The notes below the pieces were generated by a model. That model saw nothing but the letters and a program-made list of their open reading frames with translations. It had not been told where the DNA came from and searched no databases. From contig CACZAW010000001.1 of NCBI GenBank assembly GCA_902779225.1, positions 1 to 51,118 of the forward strand: a stretch of 51,118 nt of DNA. The letters run 5' to 3'. Each line of letters opens with the position of its first letter. Position 1 is the first letter of the stretch. Below, piece by piece: positions 37,905-47,469 of this stretch. The position numbers were made by a program, and so were the translations under genes. This DNA is from an uncultured Ruminococcus sp. GTDB taxonomy: Bacteria > Bacillota > Clostridia > Oscillospirales > Acutalibacteraceae.

Positions 37905-38660
37905 ATGCCCGATATCGTCGTACATACCGGCTTCGGCGCCGAGGCGCTTCAACAATCGAAAATCGAGATCGACCGCAGGGTATTTGATTTCGGGTTGCTT
38001 GGCCCCGATCCGTACTTATTCTACCGCTTTTATGTGCCGCCGTTTCGCAACCGCGTCAACCGTTACGCATCCGTCATGCATCGCGAGCATACCGGCGATT
38101 TTCTCACAGAGCTTGCGCGCCGCGCAAAACAAAACGGCGCTGTATTCTCTTATCTCACGGGCTTTTTGTGCCACTATGCGCTCGACGCGAATACCCACCC
38201 CTATATCAATCAAAAGGCGAATCACAGCAGCGTGATGCACATGGCGATCGAGCATAAGCTGGATATCCTGTACGGCGGCGATATCCGCATCCCGCCGTTC
38301 CTGCCCGCGTCTTTGAAAGAGAACGTCGGCGGCGCGATCAAGGCGATCTACGGCTGGGACGACGCGTGGGAAGCGCTCCTGCAGGGGCGCCGCGATATGG
38401 CTCCGTTTTATCGGATCGTCAGCGATAAAAACGGCAGACTGGACGCTTTTGCGCGCAAAACGCACTCGCGGCTCGCACTGGTATCCTACCGCAGCAGGGC
38501 GCTCGACAAGATGGATCTGAGCGGCTTTACGCCTTTGTACCGGCGCGCGCTGGACGATGCGGTCGCGTACATCAAAGCGGCGCAGGAGTTTATCGGAGGC
38601 ACGATCGGCGAAGAAGAATTCCGAGCCGTCATCGGCAGTCGATCATATATAGAAGGATAA
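37905..38660 (+). CDS. Zinc-dependent phospholipase C-family protein
   Basis: MP...H, LGPD, MH, CHYALD..THP and H..IE metal-ligand pattern. Confidence 0.75.
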   Translation: MPDIVVHTGFGAEALQQSKIEIDRRVFDFGLLGPDPYLFYRFYVPPFRNRVNRYASVMHREHTGDFLTELARRAKQNGAVFSYLTGFLCHYALDANTHPYINQKANHSSVMHMAIEHKLDILYGGDIRIPPFLPASLKENVGGAIKAIYGWDDAWEALLQGRRDMAPFYRIVSDKNGRLDAFARKTHSRLALVSYRSRALDKMDLSGFTPLYRRALDDAVAYIKAAQEFIGGTIGEEEFRAVIGSRSYIEG

Positions 38661-39482
38661 GTGGAAATGGATTCTTACAGCGAAAAAGATCGGAAGGATG
38701 CGGCGGTATTCAGAGACGAGTTACATCAAGAAGCGCTGGCAAAGGTCAGAAAAATCGATCCCGCTGTCGCGTCTGTCGTTGACCGCTACCCTGTCGAGGC
38801 GTATTTTGACCGTGTTTGGGAGTATCCCGGCGCATGGTATCCCGTCATCGGGATCCCGAAGGAAGCCGGCAGCCGCGAGCGGCTGATCGACAGCATCGTC
38901 CGCGATACGCTGATGCACCGTCCCGACAAAGGATCTGATCGGGATGAAAACGCAATGCATCGGAAACCCTCCGCCGTAGGAAAAGGCGCTGTGATTGCCG
39001 ACGATCCGTTCGACGCTTTGATCAGCGCATATCCCGACGTCGTCATCGACTATATTTTTGTGCAGGTCGATGCGACGACGAATCAGCTTGACGCCCATCG
39101 CATCGCGTTGTACACGGCTTGCAAAAGGCTGTTCTTCGACAGCGAAGAGGGTGATTCCCTTGATTACGATATCGACAAAGCGACTGCGGAACCGATCACC
39201 GCACAAGATTTGTTTTCTTCCGACTGTGATGAAGGCAGACTGAACTATCGCAGGGCGTTTTTATCCCCGCCGTACAAAATCACTTATACGGAAAAGGATT
39301 TTGACAAGGTCAACGCGGCGTTGTTTCCGAACGGTACGGATGACCTCGCTGTCTATCGGTGGTCGACCGACTGGGCGGAATACTTTGACGACGGCAACGA
39401 ATGGTGGGGCGCGCTGTGCTGTACCGTTTATGATAAAACCCTGAACCGTTTCGTCGTCATCATGGCGTCGGCTACGGATTGA
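38661..39482 (+). CDS. Hypothetical protein
   Basis: Long ORF abutting the upstream gene; WSTDW.EYFDDG.EWWG...SATD C-terminus; function not recognised. Confidence 0.6.
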   Translation: MEMDSYSEKDRKDAAVFRDELHQEALAKVRKIDPAVASVVDRYPVEAYFDRVWEYPGAWYPVIGIPKEAGSRERLIDSIVRDTLMHRPDKGSDRDENAMHRKPSAVGKGAVIADDPFDALISAYPDVVIDYIFVQVDATTNQLDAHRIALYTACKRLFFDSEEGDSLDYDIDKATAEPITAQDLFSSDCDEGRLNYRRAFLSPPYKITYTEKDFDKVNAALFPNGTDDLAVYRWSTDWAEYFDDGNEWWGALCCTVYDKTLNRFVVIMASATD

Positions 39483-39518
39483 AAACCGATCATTATTCTA
39501 AGAAAAGAGGAAATTTTG

Positions 39519-40373
39519 ATGAAAAAACTCCTGTCCCTCTGCCTGATCCTGCTGACCGTCCTGCTGTGTACGGGATGCGGAGAGAGCAATCCGCTTGCCG
39601 ACGAAAAATACGGCAAAAACTATAAGGTCGATGTGCGCGAGATCACAGTCGACAACAACGGACAAAAGATCTGGGGCGAGGCGTATATCCCCGATACCGG
39701 CGGCAAGGTACCGCTGGTGCTGACCTCGCACGGACTGGGCACCAACCATAATACCGGCGCCGCCTATGCCGAGCTGCTCGCGCAAAAGGGCTACGCGTTC
39801 TACACATGGGATTTTCGCGGCGGCACCAGCGAAGACCGTGAAAACCGCAGCGACGGCAGCAGTCTGGATATGTCGGTGATGACGGAGGTCTCCGATGTGG
39901 AGGCGATCCTCAAAGCGGCAAAGACATGGGACTTTGTCGACACCGACCGCATTTTTCTGCTTGGCTGCAGTCAGGGCGGTCTGGTGACTGCCATCGCCGG
40001 CGTACGCCATGAGGACGAGGTCGCCGGACTGATTCTCTGTTATCCCGCCTTCGGCATGACGCGCCTGGGCGAGCGCTACAGCGAGGATATGCCCGAGGAA
40101 AACGACTTGGGCAACATCACGGTCGGCAGAAGATTCTTCAAGGATCTGTCCGGCTATGACGTTCGCAACGATATCCCCGATTTTGACAAGCCCGTGATCA
40201 TCATTCAGGGCAGCAAGGACGATCTTGTCCTCCCCGAAACGGCAGAGGCAGCGTCAAAGCTCTATCCCGATTGTGAATATCATTTGATCGAAGGCGCCGA
40301 GCACGGTTTTTCCGATCAATACCTGACGGAAGCCGCCGTCACCGCGTTGGAGTTTTTGCAGAAACATACATGA
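39519..40373 (+). CDS. Lipoprotein alpha/beta-hydrolase (esterase)
   Basis: Lipobox CTGC, HGLG oxyanion, GCSQGG nucleophile elbow, QGSKD and AEHGF triad residues. Confidence 0.85.
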   Translation: MKKLLSLCLILLTVLLCTGCGESNPLADEKYGKNYKVDVREITVDNNGQKIWGEAYIPDTGGKVPLVLTSHGLGTNHNTGAAYAELLAQKGYAFYTWDFRGGTSEDRENRSDGSSLDMSVMTEVSDVEAILKAAKTWDFVDTDRIFLLGCSQGGLVTAIAGVRHEDEVAGLILCYPAFGMTRLGERYSEDMPEENDLGNITVGRRFFKDLSGYDVRNDIPDFDKPVIIIQGSKDDLVLPETAEAASKLYPDCEYHLIEGAEHGFSDQYLTEAAVTALEFLQKHT

Positions 40374-40457
40374 TTTTTCTATTGCAAAAGGCACGCTTTT
40401 TTGCTATCATAATGACATCTCAAGGGAGATTCAAAATAACAAAAGGAGATATTTGAA

Positions 40458-41918
40458 ATGAGCAAACGTTTGATTGCATTGTTACTGGCGGGCGTCCTCG
40501 CTTTGAGCATACTGGCAGGCTGCTCACAGCAGAAGGATGCGGAAACAGACAGTAAAACCGAAAAATCCGACGCGGCGATCACGATCGACAACATCCGGGA
40601 TTATATCGTCGGTATCGACGAGCCGGTCGAATTACAGGACGGCACAAAACAGCCCCTCATCAATTTTGACAACGCCGCTACGACCCCCGCACTGCAGCCG
40701 GTCGCAGACGCCGTTAACGAAGAGCTGAAAATGTACGGCTCGATCGGTCGCGGATTCTCACAAAAATCCGATCACTCTACCGATATCTATAACAGTACCC
40801 GCGACAAGGTGCTGCAATTTGTCGGCGCCGATCCGAAAAAATACACCTGCTTTTATGTCAACAACACCACAGACGGTCTGAATAAGCTCGCCTCCGCTCT
40901 GATCGAGAGCAAGGACGATATCGTGCTTGCCACCCGCATTGAGCATCATGCAAACGATCTTTCATGGCGCGAACGCTGCAAGACGATCTATGCCGAGGTC
41001 GACAAAAAAGGCCGCGTGATCTACGACGATATCGAAAAGCTGCTCAAGCAAAACGAGGGCAAGGTCAAATATGTTGCCATCACCGCGGCGTCCAACGTCA
41101 CCGGCTATGTGACCGACGTCCATAAGGTCGCCAAGATGGCGCACGCCCACGGCGCAAAGCTCATCGTCGACGGCGCGCAGATCGTCGCGCACCGCAAGTT
41201 CTCCATGGTCGGCGAAACGCCGGAGGAGAACGTCGACTTCTTCGTATTCTCCGCCCACAAGATGTATTCTCCCTATGGCGGCGGCGCGGTAGTCGGTCTG
41301 ACCGATGTGCTCAATAAGCATATGCCCACCTTCTACGGCGGCGGTACGGTCAAGATCGTCCGCGACAGCTCCTATTCCAAAAAAGACGCTCCCGCGACCT
41401 ATGAGGCAGGCTCGCCGAACTATCCCGGCGTGATCGGTCTGGGCAAGGCGATCGACCTGCTGCAGGAGGTCGGCTTCGATAAGATCGAGGAGCATGAAAA
41501 GGCGCTCAACAAGCGTCTGATCGACGGCCTCAAAAAGCAAAAGAACATCGTCATCTACGGCGACAGCGAGGATCTGAGCGACCGTGTCGGCGTTGTGACC
41601 TTCAACTTCTCCGACGCCAACTCTTATCTGGTTGCGCAGCAGCTGACCAAGCTCGGCGGCGTCGCCACACGCCGCGGCGCCTTCTGCGCCCACCCCTATG
41701 TATGGCGGCTGATGAACATCCCCGAAACGGAGCTGGATCGCTTTGAGGAGTGTGCCGACATGAACACCCCCGGTATGATCCGCATCAGCTTCGGCATCTA
41801 CAATAATGAAGAAGAGGTCGACAAATTCCTGGAGATCCTGCCCAAGGCAAAGGAAGTCGCATCCGATCCCAAGCTCTACGAGGAATTGGAGCTCGGAAAC
41901 GTCATCGAAGAATACTGA
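40458..41918 (+). CDS. Class V PLP enzyme (SufS/cysteine desulfurase-like) with an N-terminal lipoprotein signal
   Basis: Lipobox LAGC; FDNAATT, EHHAN, DGAQ, SAHK (PLP Lys), EAGSP and RRGAFCAHP (catalytic Cys). Confidence 0.85.
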   Translation: MSKRLIALLLAGVLALSILAGCSQQKDAETDSKTEKSDAAITIDNIRDYIVGIDEPVELQDGTKQPLINFDNAATTPALQPVADAVNEELKMYGSIGRGFSQKSDHSTDIYNSTRDKVLQFVGADPKKYTCFYVNNTTDGLNKLASALIESKDDIVLATRIEHHANDLSWRERCKTIYAEVDKKGRVIYDDIEKLLKQNEGKVKYVAITAASNVTGYVTDVHKVAKMAHAHGAKLIVDGAQIVAHRKFSMVGETPEENVDFFVFSAHKMYSPYGGGAVVGLTDVLNKHMPTFYGGGTVKIVRDSSYSKKDAPATYEAGSPNYPGVIGLGKAIDLLQEVGFDKIEEHEKALNKRLIDGLKKQKNIVIYGDSEDLSDRVGVVTFNFSDANSYLVAQQLTKLGGVATRRGAFCAHPYVWRLMNIPETELDRFEECADMNTPGMIRISFGIYNNEEEVDKFLEILPKAKEVASDPKLYEELELGNVIEEY

Positions 41919-41953
41919 TATAGACTGAAAAAGGGCTATTGCAAAATAAAAAA

Positions 41954-42077
41954 TGTCATTCTGAGGCGTCGCCGAAGAATCTGAAAGTGCTCGATTTTCC
42001 GTCAGATTACACCTGATAGGTGTAACTTAATTGGATGAATTGCACTTTAAGATCCTTCGCTAATGCTCAGGATGACA
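41954..42077. repeat. REP/MITE-like inverted repeat element
   Basis: TGTCATTCTGAG..CGAAGAATCT-GAAAGTGC ... GCACTTTA-AGATCCTTCG..CTCAGGATGACA, with an inner TTACACCT/AGGTGTAA hairpin. Confidence 0.7.
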
Positions 42078-42136
42078 CTTTGAAGGGGCTATCGCGTTTC
42101 TTAGTGCGACAACCCCCTGATAGGCTTTTCTACAGT

Positions 42137-42169
42137 CAAAAACGGCGCAGTCGAAACTGCGCCGTTTTG
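42137..42169. terminator. Bidirectional terminator between convergent genes
   Basis: AAAACGGCGCAGT-CGAA-ACTGCGCCGTTTT. Confidence 0.85.
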
Positions 42170-42188
42170 TTATACAGCAATAGGGATC

Positions 42189-43832
42189 CTATTCATCTTT
42201 GAACAGCTTATAGGCAAGGTATGATACGCCCGCCAGCAGCGCGACGCCGCCGATGATCGCCTTGCGGACGAACGGAACGTTATAGTCCAGCGTCGTATAG
42301 GACGGATTGATCATATGATCGAGCAGCGGGAACAGCAGCTTGCGTCTGGCGACAAGGGGATCGTGCATCATATACGGCGACTTGGAAAAGATCATGGTCG
42401 GCCGCGTCGCCCCGCGATACGGCTCCCATATCAGCGATCCGACGGACGGATCGCCCGTACGCGCAAAGTTCGTCCACATCTGCATGACGGTATCGGACAC
42501 AGCCTCATCCGCGATATGCCCCGTGTAGATCGTTTCCGTACGGTTGCCGAACACATAGGAGAGCTCGACCGCATGACACGCCTTGCGCAGCCTTACCGAC
42601 GCGGGGATCGTCCAGTAGTACATATAGACCTTTCCGCCGCAGCGCGCGTGCGCCTGCGCCTGTGCGACCGCGGGCAGCCGGAACATCAGCTCGTCGTAGA
42701 AGCGCGCCATTTTCCATATGCTGTGTCCCCTCATCAGATCCATAAAGCGTTTGACGCGCTGCTTGTCCTTCAGCGGGAGCTTCCTGATATCGTTCTCAAA
42801 CTTGACGGGGATGCTGAAGCGGAACGGTATCAGACCGCCGACCTCGCCGATCCAATAATTCATCTCCTCCGAGTTGGTACCGATCAGCATATCGATATCC
42901 TTTGTCACGCCGTCGTTATACGGCTGATACGGATTCTCGGGGATCAGCCTGCCGTCGCGCATAGGGAAGTTATTATACGCGTTGATCGGCGCGTTGATCA
43001 CTTTCAGCTCCTCTTCGGTCATCTGCATCAGATCGCTCATACGACGGGTCCCCGCCGCGAGGATGAGCCGCTTGGTAAAGTCGCGGCACTCCTCCTTAGA
43101 GAAGGTCAGCGCAACCGAACCGCTCTCGGCGATCACACGGCGAAAGAGTCCCTTTGCCTGCGGGATGATCGGGAGCAGCGACACACTGCCGCCGCCCGCG
43201 GATTCGCCGAACACCGTGACGTTGTTCGGATCGCCGCCGAACGCGGCGATATTGTTTTGAACCCATCTGAGCGCCTCGATCTGGTCGAGGATGCCGAGGT
43301 TGGGCGCGTCGGGAAAGTCCTCGCCGCCCTCGAGATACGACAGATCGACAAAACCCATCAGTCCTACACGGTAGCCGACCGTCACCAGAATGATATCCTT
43401 TTGCTTTGTGACGAGGTTGGTGCCGTCGTACATCGGGTCGGCGGTGCCGCCCCATCCGTAGGAGCCGCCGTGCAGAAACACCATGACGGTCTTATTTTCG
43501 GTTTCGTCCTCCTGATTCTTCCAGATATTGAGATACAGACAGTCCTCGCCCTGCGGATAATACGACGCCTGCTCGGTCGGCCACTCGCTCTGGATCGGTG
43601 TTTTGCCGTTATAATACGCCTCAAAAACCGTATCGCTGTCGTCGGGCGCGACCGGCGCCTTCCATCTCAGCTCGCCGACGGGCGGCTTAGCAAAGGGGAT
43701 CCCCCTGAACGCAAGCACTTCGTCCTTCTGCCTGCCGACAAAAACGCCGTTGCGGCATTTTGCGGCAAGCGCCGGTTCATATTCTTCTGTGATGATGTGG
43801 TTTTCGCCGTAGGTGCTGCGGATTCTATCCAT
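42189..43832 (-). CDS. Type-B carboxylesterase with a C-terminal membrane anchor
   Basis: GIPFA.PP, EDCLYLNIW, HGGS, FGESAGG and ACHAVEL motifs; hydrophobic C-terminal helix. Confidence 0.9.
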   Translation of the reverse strand: MDRIRSTYGENHIITEEYEPALAAKCRNGVFVGRQKDEVLAFRGIPFAKPPVGELRWKAPVAPDDSDTVFEAYYNGKTPIQSEWPTEQASYYPQGEDCLYLNIWKNQEDETENKTVMVFLHGGSYGWGGTADPMYDGTNLVTKQKDIILVTVGYRVGLMGFVDLSYLEGGEDFPDAPNLGILDQIEALRWVQNNIAAFGGDPNNVTVFGESAGGGSVSLLPIIPQAKGLFRRVIAESGSVALTFSKEECRDFTKRLILAAGTRRMSDLMQMTEEELKVINAPINAYNNFPMRDGRLIPENPYQPYNDGVTKDIDMLIGTNSEEMNYWIGEVGGLIPFRFSIPVKFENDIRKLPLKDKQRVKRFMDLMRGHSIWKMARFYDELMFRLPAVAQAQAHARCGGKVYMYYWTIPASVRLRKACHAVELSYVFGNRTETIYTGHIADEAVSDTVMQMWTNFARTGDPSVGSLIWEPYRGATRPTMIFSKSPYMMHDPLVARRKLLFPLLDHMINPSYTTLDYNVPFVRKAIIGGVALLAGVSYLAYKLFKDE

Positions 43833-43838
43833 CGTCTA

Positions 43839-46826
43839 TCATTTCTTTCTTTTAAACATTCCGCGGAAGGTCGCGAAGAAGTTCAATTTATCCTTATGCT
43901 TTTTATACAGTTCATCCATGGTGATATCGGTATGCGGGTTGTGGGTCACCAATCCCTGTGCCACTCTGATAAAGATATCCTTGAAGCGATCCATGCTCTC
44001 GTCGTCATACAGGCTGGCGGTATAGTCGATCATCAGCGTCAGACCGTCTGCGCCGTCGAGGATCTCCATATCGAGAATGGTCTGTGAAGCCGCCTGATTC
44101 TGACGGACGTCGATCGCCTCGACGTTCATCTCCTCCAGACCGCCCATATCGCGGATATCCTGCTGATAGAGCAGATATGCCGCTTCGTTGCCGCCCGCCT
44201 GATGGTGGCTGTCCACATACGGATAGCAGCAGTGCTCGATACCCTTCTGCACCTGCTCGTGAATGTCTGCGAACAGCTCGCGGAGCGTCTTCTCACTCTC
44301 CAGATGAACGCCTACCAGCAGTTCACGGAACAGCAAGCCGACCGAATTCATCGCGATCATATCTTCGCGGCCGTTATAGATCCACGAGATCTGGATATCT
44401 CTCTTACGGTTATAGATCGCGATAGCCAGCACGGCGACAGCGATAAAGAATTCGTTGCGGCTGATACGATACTGGCGTTCCATCGCCTTCATCTGCGCCT
44501 GCTCGATGCCGATCGGAGCGAACAGCTCGCCCATCTCGTTCTCGCGGGATTCGTGATCGATCTCGGGATAGCTGGACCATTCGATACCGTCATAGCGATC
44601 CTCAAAGTACTTCTTGCTCTCCTCATAGAACTCGGTCTTCTTTTCATCCTCACGGTTCTGGAGGATCAGATAATACAGATCCGGCTCCGGCTGCATACCC
44701 ATATACGCTTTGCCGACGTTGCCCATAAACACCTTGAGGGAGGTGCCGTCAAAGAGCGTATGGTGAACGTCAAAGAATACATAGCCGTACTTTTCGGTTT
44801 CAAAAACGCGGCAGCGGTGCAGGCAGCCGCCGATAATCTTGAACGGCTGAACCAGGGTATCCTTGATACAGTCAAATTCAAATTCGCTCATCTTTTCGAC
44901 GCGGATCTCCTGCAGTACCTCGGGGGTATAGCGCTGGACGATATCGCCGTCGTCATTGAAATGGAAGGTGGTCAACAGGGCGGAATGATTGCGGATCGCC
45001 GTATGCATCGCCTCCGCCATCTTCTCCATGTCGATCATGTCCTTATCCAGCCTCAGCGTCGAGAACAGGTTGTACATCGTCGACTTGGGCGTATAGAGCT
45101 GATAGTCGACCATATAAAGCTGCTCGACGGTCAGCGGATGCTCTGTCTTCATCGCGCGGGCATTTTTGATCTCCGGCGCTTCACCGTCGTCGTTCATCCG
45201 GTTTGCTTCATACATCTCGGCGATCCTCTTCGGCGTTCTGCCGCGGAAGATCTCGCCGGCGCTCAGTCCGGGCAGCTCGCTTTCGGTGATGACGCGGATC
45301 GAGCCGAGTGAGTCGCCGCCCAGCTCATAGAAATCGTCGTTGATACCGAACTGATCCATCTTCAGAACCTTTGCCATCGCGTCGCACAGCTTTTGCTGAG
45401 TCTCATTCTCCGGCGCGGCATAATCGGTCTTGAAATCGCTCGCGTCGGGCTGCGGGAGCGCCTTGCGGTCCATCTTGCCGTTGGGCTTGAGCGGAACCTT
45501 GTCGATCTTCATATAATAAGCGGGGATCATATAGTAAGGCAGACGCTTGGAGAGCTCTTCGCGCATATAAACGGGATCGACCTCGACGTCGGCGGTATAG
45601 TAGGCGCAAAGATAGCTCTTGCCGTTTTCTTCAAAGCCGCGCGCAGCCGCCCAGTCGATACCGAGCACCTGCTTGACAGAGGCTTCGATCTCTGCGGGCT
45701 CGATGCGGTTGCCGTTGATCTTGATCATATCGCCCGAGCGTCCGAGCAGCACATAGTTGCCGTTTTCATCAACGCGCGCCAGATCGCCCGTATGGTAGAC
45801 GCCGTCCCTGAACGCCTTTTCGGTCTCCTCGGGCAGATTCATATAGCCGCGCACATAGGGGTTCTCAAAGCACAGCTCGCCGATCTCGCCTTCTGCCGCC
45901 TCTTCCCCGTCCTCGGTGATCAGGGTGATCTTCAGGTCGATCTCCGGCTTGCCGATGGGGCAGGTCTCGTAGGCGCGATCGATCTTGAACACGCCGATGG
46001 CAAAGCCGCTTTCCGACGCGGCGTAAATATTAATCAGATCGAGGTTCTTGTTATAGATATTGTTGGCGGGCTCGCTGCCGACGAATAACATCCTGAGGAA
46101 AGGACCCGTCTGGTTGCCGAGCATCCGCACATAGGACGGCGTCAGGAAGGTGATGGTGATGCGCTTTTCAAGGAAGAATCTCTTGAGCGCCAGCGGATTC
46201 TTGATCGTGGCGTAGCCGACGACAAAGATCTTGCCGCCGCAGATGCTCAGCGCCTTTAAGATGACGATGACCGAAGCGACAAAGTTCATCGGAGCCAGCA
46301 GCGCCAGCCTGTCCTTGCTGTTAAAGGGGGTCTCGCCGTCGACCTGGATCGACTCGATCGCCTTTGAGAGATTGCCGTACTCATGCAGAACGCCCTTGGG
46401 GTTGCCTGTGGTACCGGAGGTGTAGATCGCGTATGCCGCGTCGTGATCGTCGGCGGTCTTGTAGCCGCTCTTGGTTTCGGTAGCGAGAACCTCATCCCAG
46501 TTTTCCTTCGACAGCTCCGTCTTGCAGCCGCAGTCTTTTCGGATAAATTCGATACGCTCCGGGGCATAGGTGTCCTCAACCAACGCCCAAGCCGCGCCTG
46601 CTTTCCATACGCCGATCATGGCGATGATCGGCGCGACGCCGCGCGGGAGATTGATCAGTACAAAATCCTCTTTACCGATTCCGTTAGCGGTAAGGTAAGC
46701 ATAGACACGTCCGCTCAGATCTTCCAGCTGAGCGTAAGTGATGCCTTTGGAATGCGCCTCGTCAAATAAAATCTGCGCATTAGGATTTTCCAGCGTAAAT
46801 TGAGTTAATAATTCCAGAACGTTCAT
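43839..46826 (-). CDS. Stand-alone NRPS-like protein, A-T(PCP)-C
   Basis: YTSGTTGNPKG, YHTGDL, KINGNRIE and NGKMDR (A domain); LGGDSL (PCP Ser); DVHHTLFDG (C domain). Confidence 0.9.
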   Translation of the reverse strand: MNVLELLTQFTLENPNAQILFDEAHSKGITYAQLEDLSGRVYAYLTANGIGKEDFVLINLPRGVAPIIAMIGVWKAGAAWALVEDTYAPERIEFIRKDCGCKTELSKENWDEVLATETKSGYKTADDHDAAYAIYTSGTTGNPKGVLHEYGNLSKAIESIQVDGETPFNSKDRLALLAPMNFVASVIVILKALSICGGKIFVVGYATIKNPLALKRFFLEKRITITFLTPSYVRMLGNQTGPFLRMLFVGSEPANNIYNKNLDLINIYAASESGFAIGVFKIDRAYETCPIGKPEIDLKITLITEDGEEAAEGEIGELCFENPYVRGYMNLPEETEKAFRDGVYHTGDLARVDENGNYVLLGRSGDMIKINGNRIEPAEIEASVKQVLGIDWAAARGFEENGKSYLCAYYTADVEVDPVYMREELSKRLPYYMIPAYYMKIDKVPLKPNGKMDRKALPQPDASDFKTDYAAPENETQQKLCDAMAKVLKMDQFGINDDFYELGGDSLGSIRVITESELPGLSAGEIFRGRTPKRIAEMYEANRMNDDGEAPEIKNARAMKTEHPLTVEQLYMVDYQLYTPKSTMYNLFSTLRLDKDMIDMEKMAEAMHTAIRNHSALLTTFHFNDDGDIVQRYTPEVLQEIRVEKMSEFEFDCIKDTLVQPFKIIGGCLHRCRVFETEKYGYVFFDVHHTLFDGTSLKVFMGNVGKAYMGMQPEPDLYYLILQNREDEKKTEFYEESKKYFEDRYDGIEWSSYPEIDHESRENEMGELFAPIGIEQAQMKAMERQYRISRNEFFIAVAVLAIAIYNRKRDIQISWIYNGREDMIAMNSVGLLFRELLVGVHLESEKTLRELFADIHEQVQKGIEHCCYPYVDSHHQAGGNEAAYLLYQQDIRDMGGLEEMNVEAIDVRQNQAASQTILDMEILDGADGLTLMIDYTASLYDDESMDRFKDIFIRVAQGLVTHNPHTDITMDELYKKHKDKLNFFATFRGMFKRKK

Positions 46827-46957
46827 TTTGCATCGCCTTTCTTTTACCGGGAAATAACATTTTACGGCAGTACGCCGTATTCATTATCATTATATCAAGC
46901 TTTAACGGAATCCGCAACACTTATCAGGGTTTCCTTCAAAAAAGTTTCATAAAATTT

Positions 46958-46985
46958 CAGCCGACCGAAAAATCCCGGTCGGCTG
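46958..46985. terminator. Hairpin, probable terminator after the small membrane protein gene
   Basis: CAGCCGACCG/CGGTCGGCTG perfect stem. Confidence 0.55.
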
Positions 46986-47067
46986 TCTTTGCTTTCGATT
47001 ATGATGCAGGGCGCCGATCACCGAACCGATCGACAGCACTGTCCGTTTGCGCCTTGCCGTCGACTGA

Positions 47068-47331
47068 TTAAGCCGCCGCTGCGGTCAGTACGCGGATGCC
47101 CTCCCTTTGGGGTCCTTGCTTGTCGACGAACGGTCTGTTCGGCATGCTGATGATGATCGCCGTGATACCGAACAGCACGCCGCTGAGCGCCAGCATGATG
47201 TTGATATGACCGTGTGCAAAAATCGTTGATCCCGTGATGAGATTCATCGGAACAAAGAGTGCGGTGAAAATAAGAACAACCGCTGCGATACCTGCGAATA
47301 AACCGATATTTCTTCTGACATTCTTCTTCAT
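47068..47331 (-). CDS. Small two-TM membrane protein
   Basis: AAAGGGG RBS and two hydrophobic segments. Confidence 0.65.
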   Translation of the reverse strand: MKKNVRRNIGLFAGIAAVVLIFTALFVPMNLITGSTIFAHGHINIMLALSGVLFGITAIIISMPNRPFVDKQGPQREGIRVLTAAAA

Positions 47332-47469
47332 GACAAAAACCCCTTTCTTTTCGGACTGTTCAAAGCTCTTCCTTTATTGTGTCTACAGTATAACAGACCG
47401 ACTGTTACAACACTACAACAAAAGAATACTGTTTCCGAAAAAATCAGAAATTTTTATCAAATTATTTTA

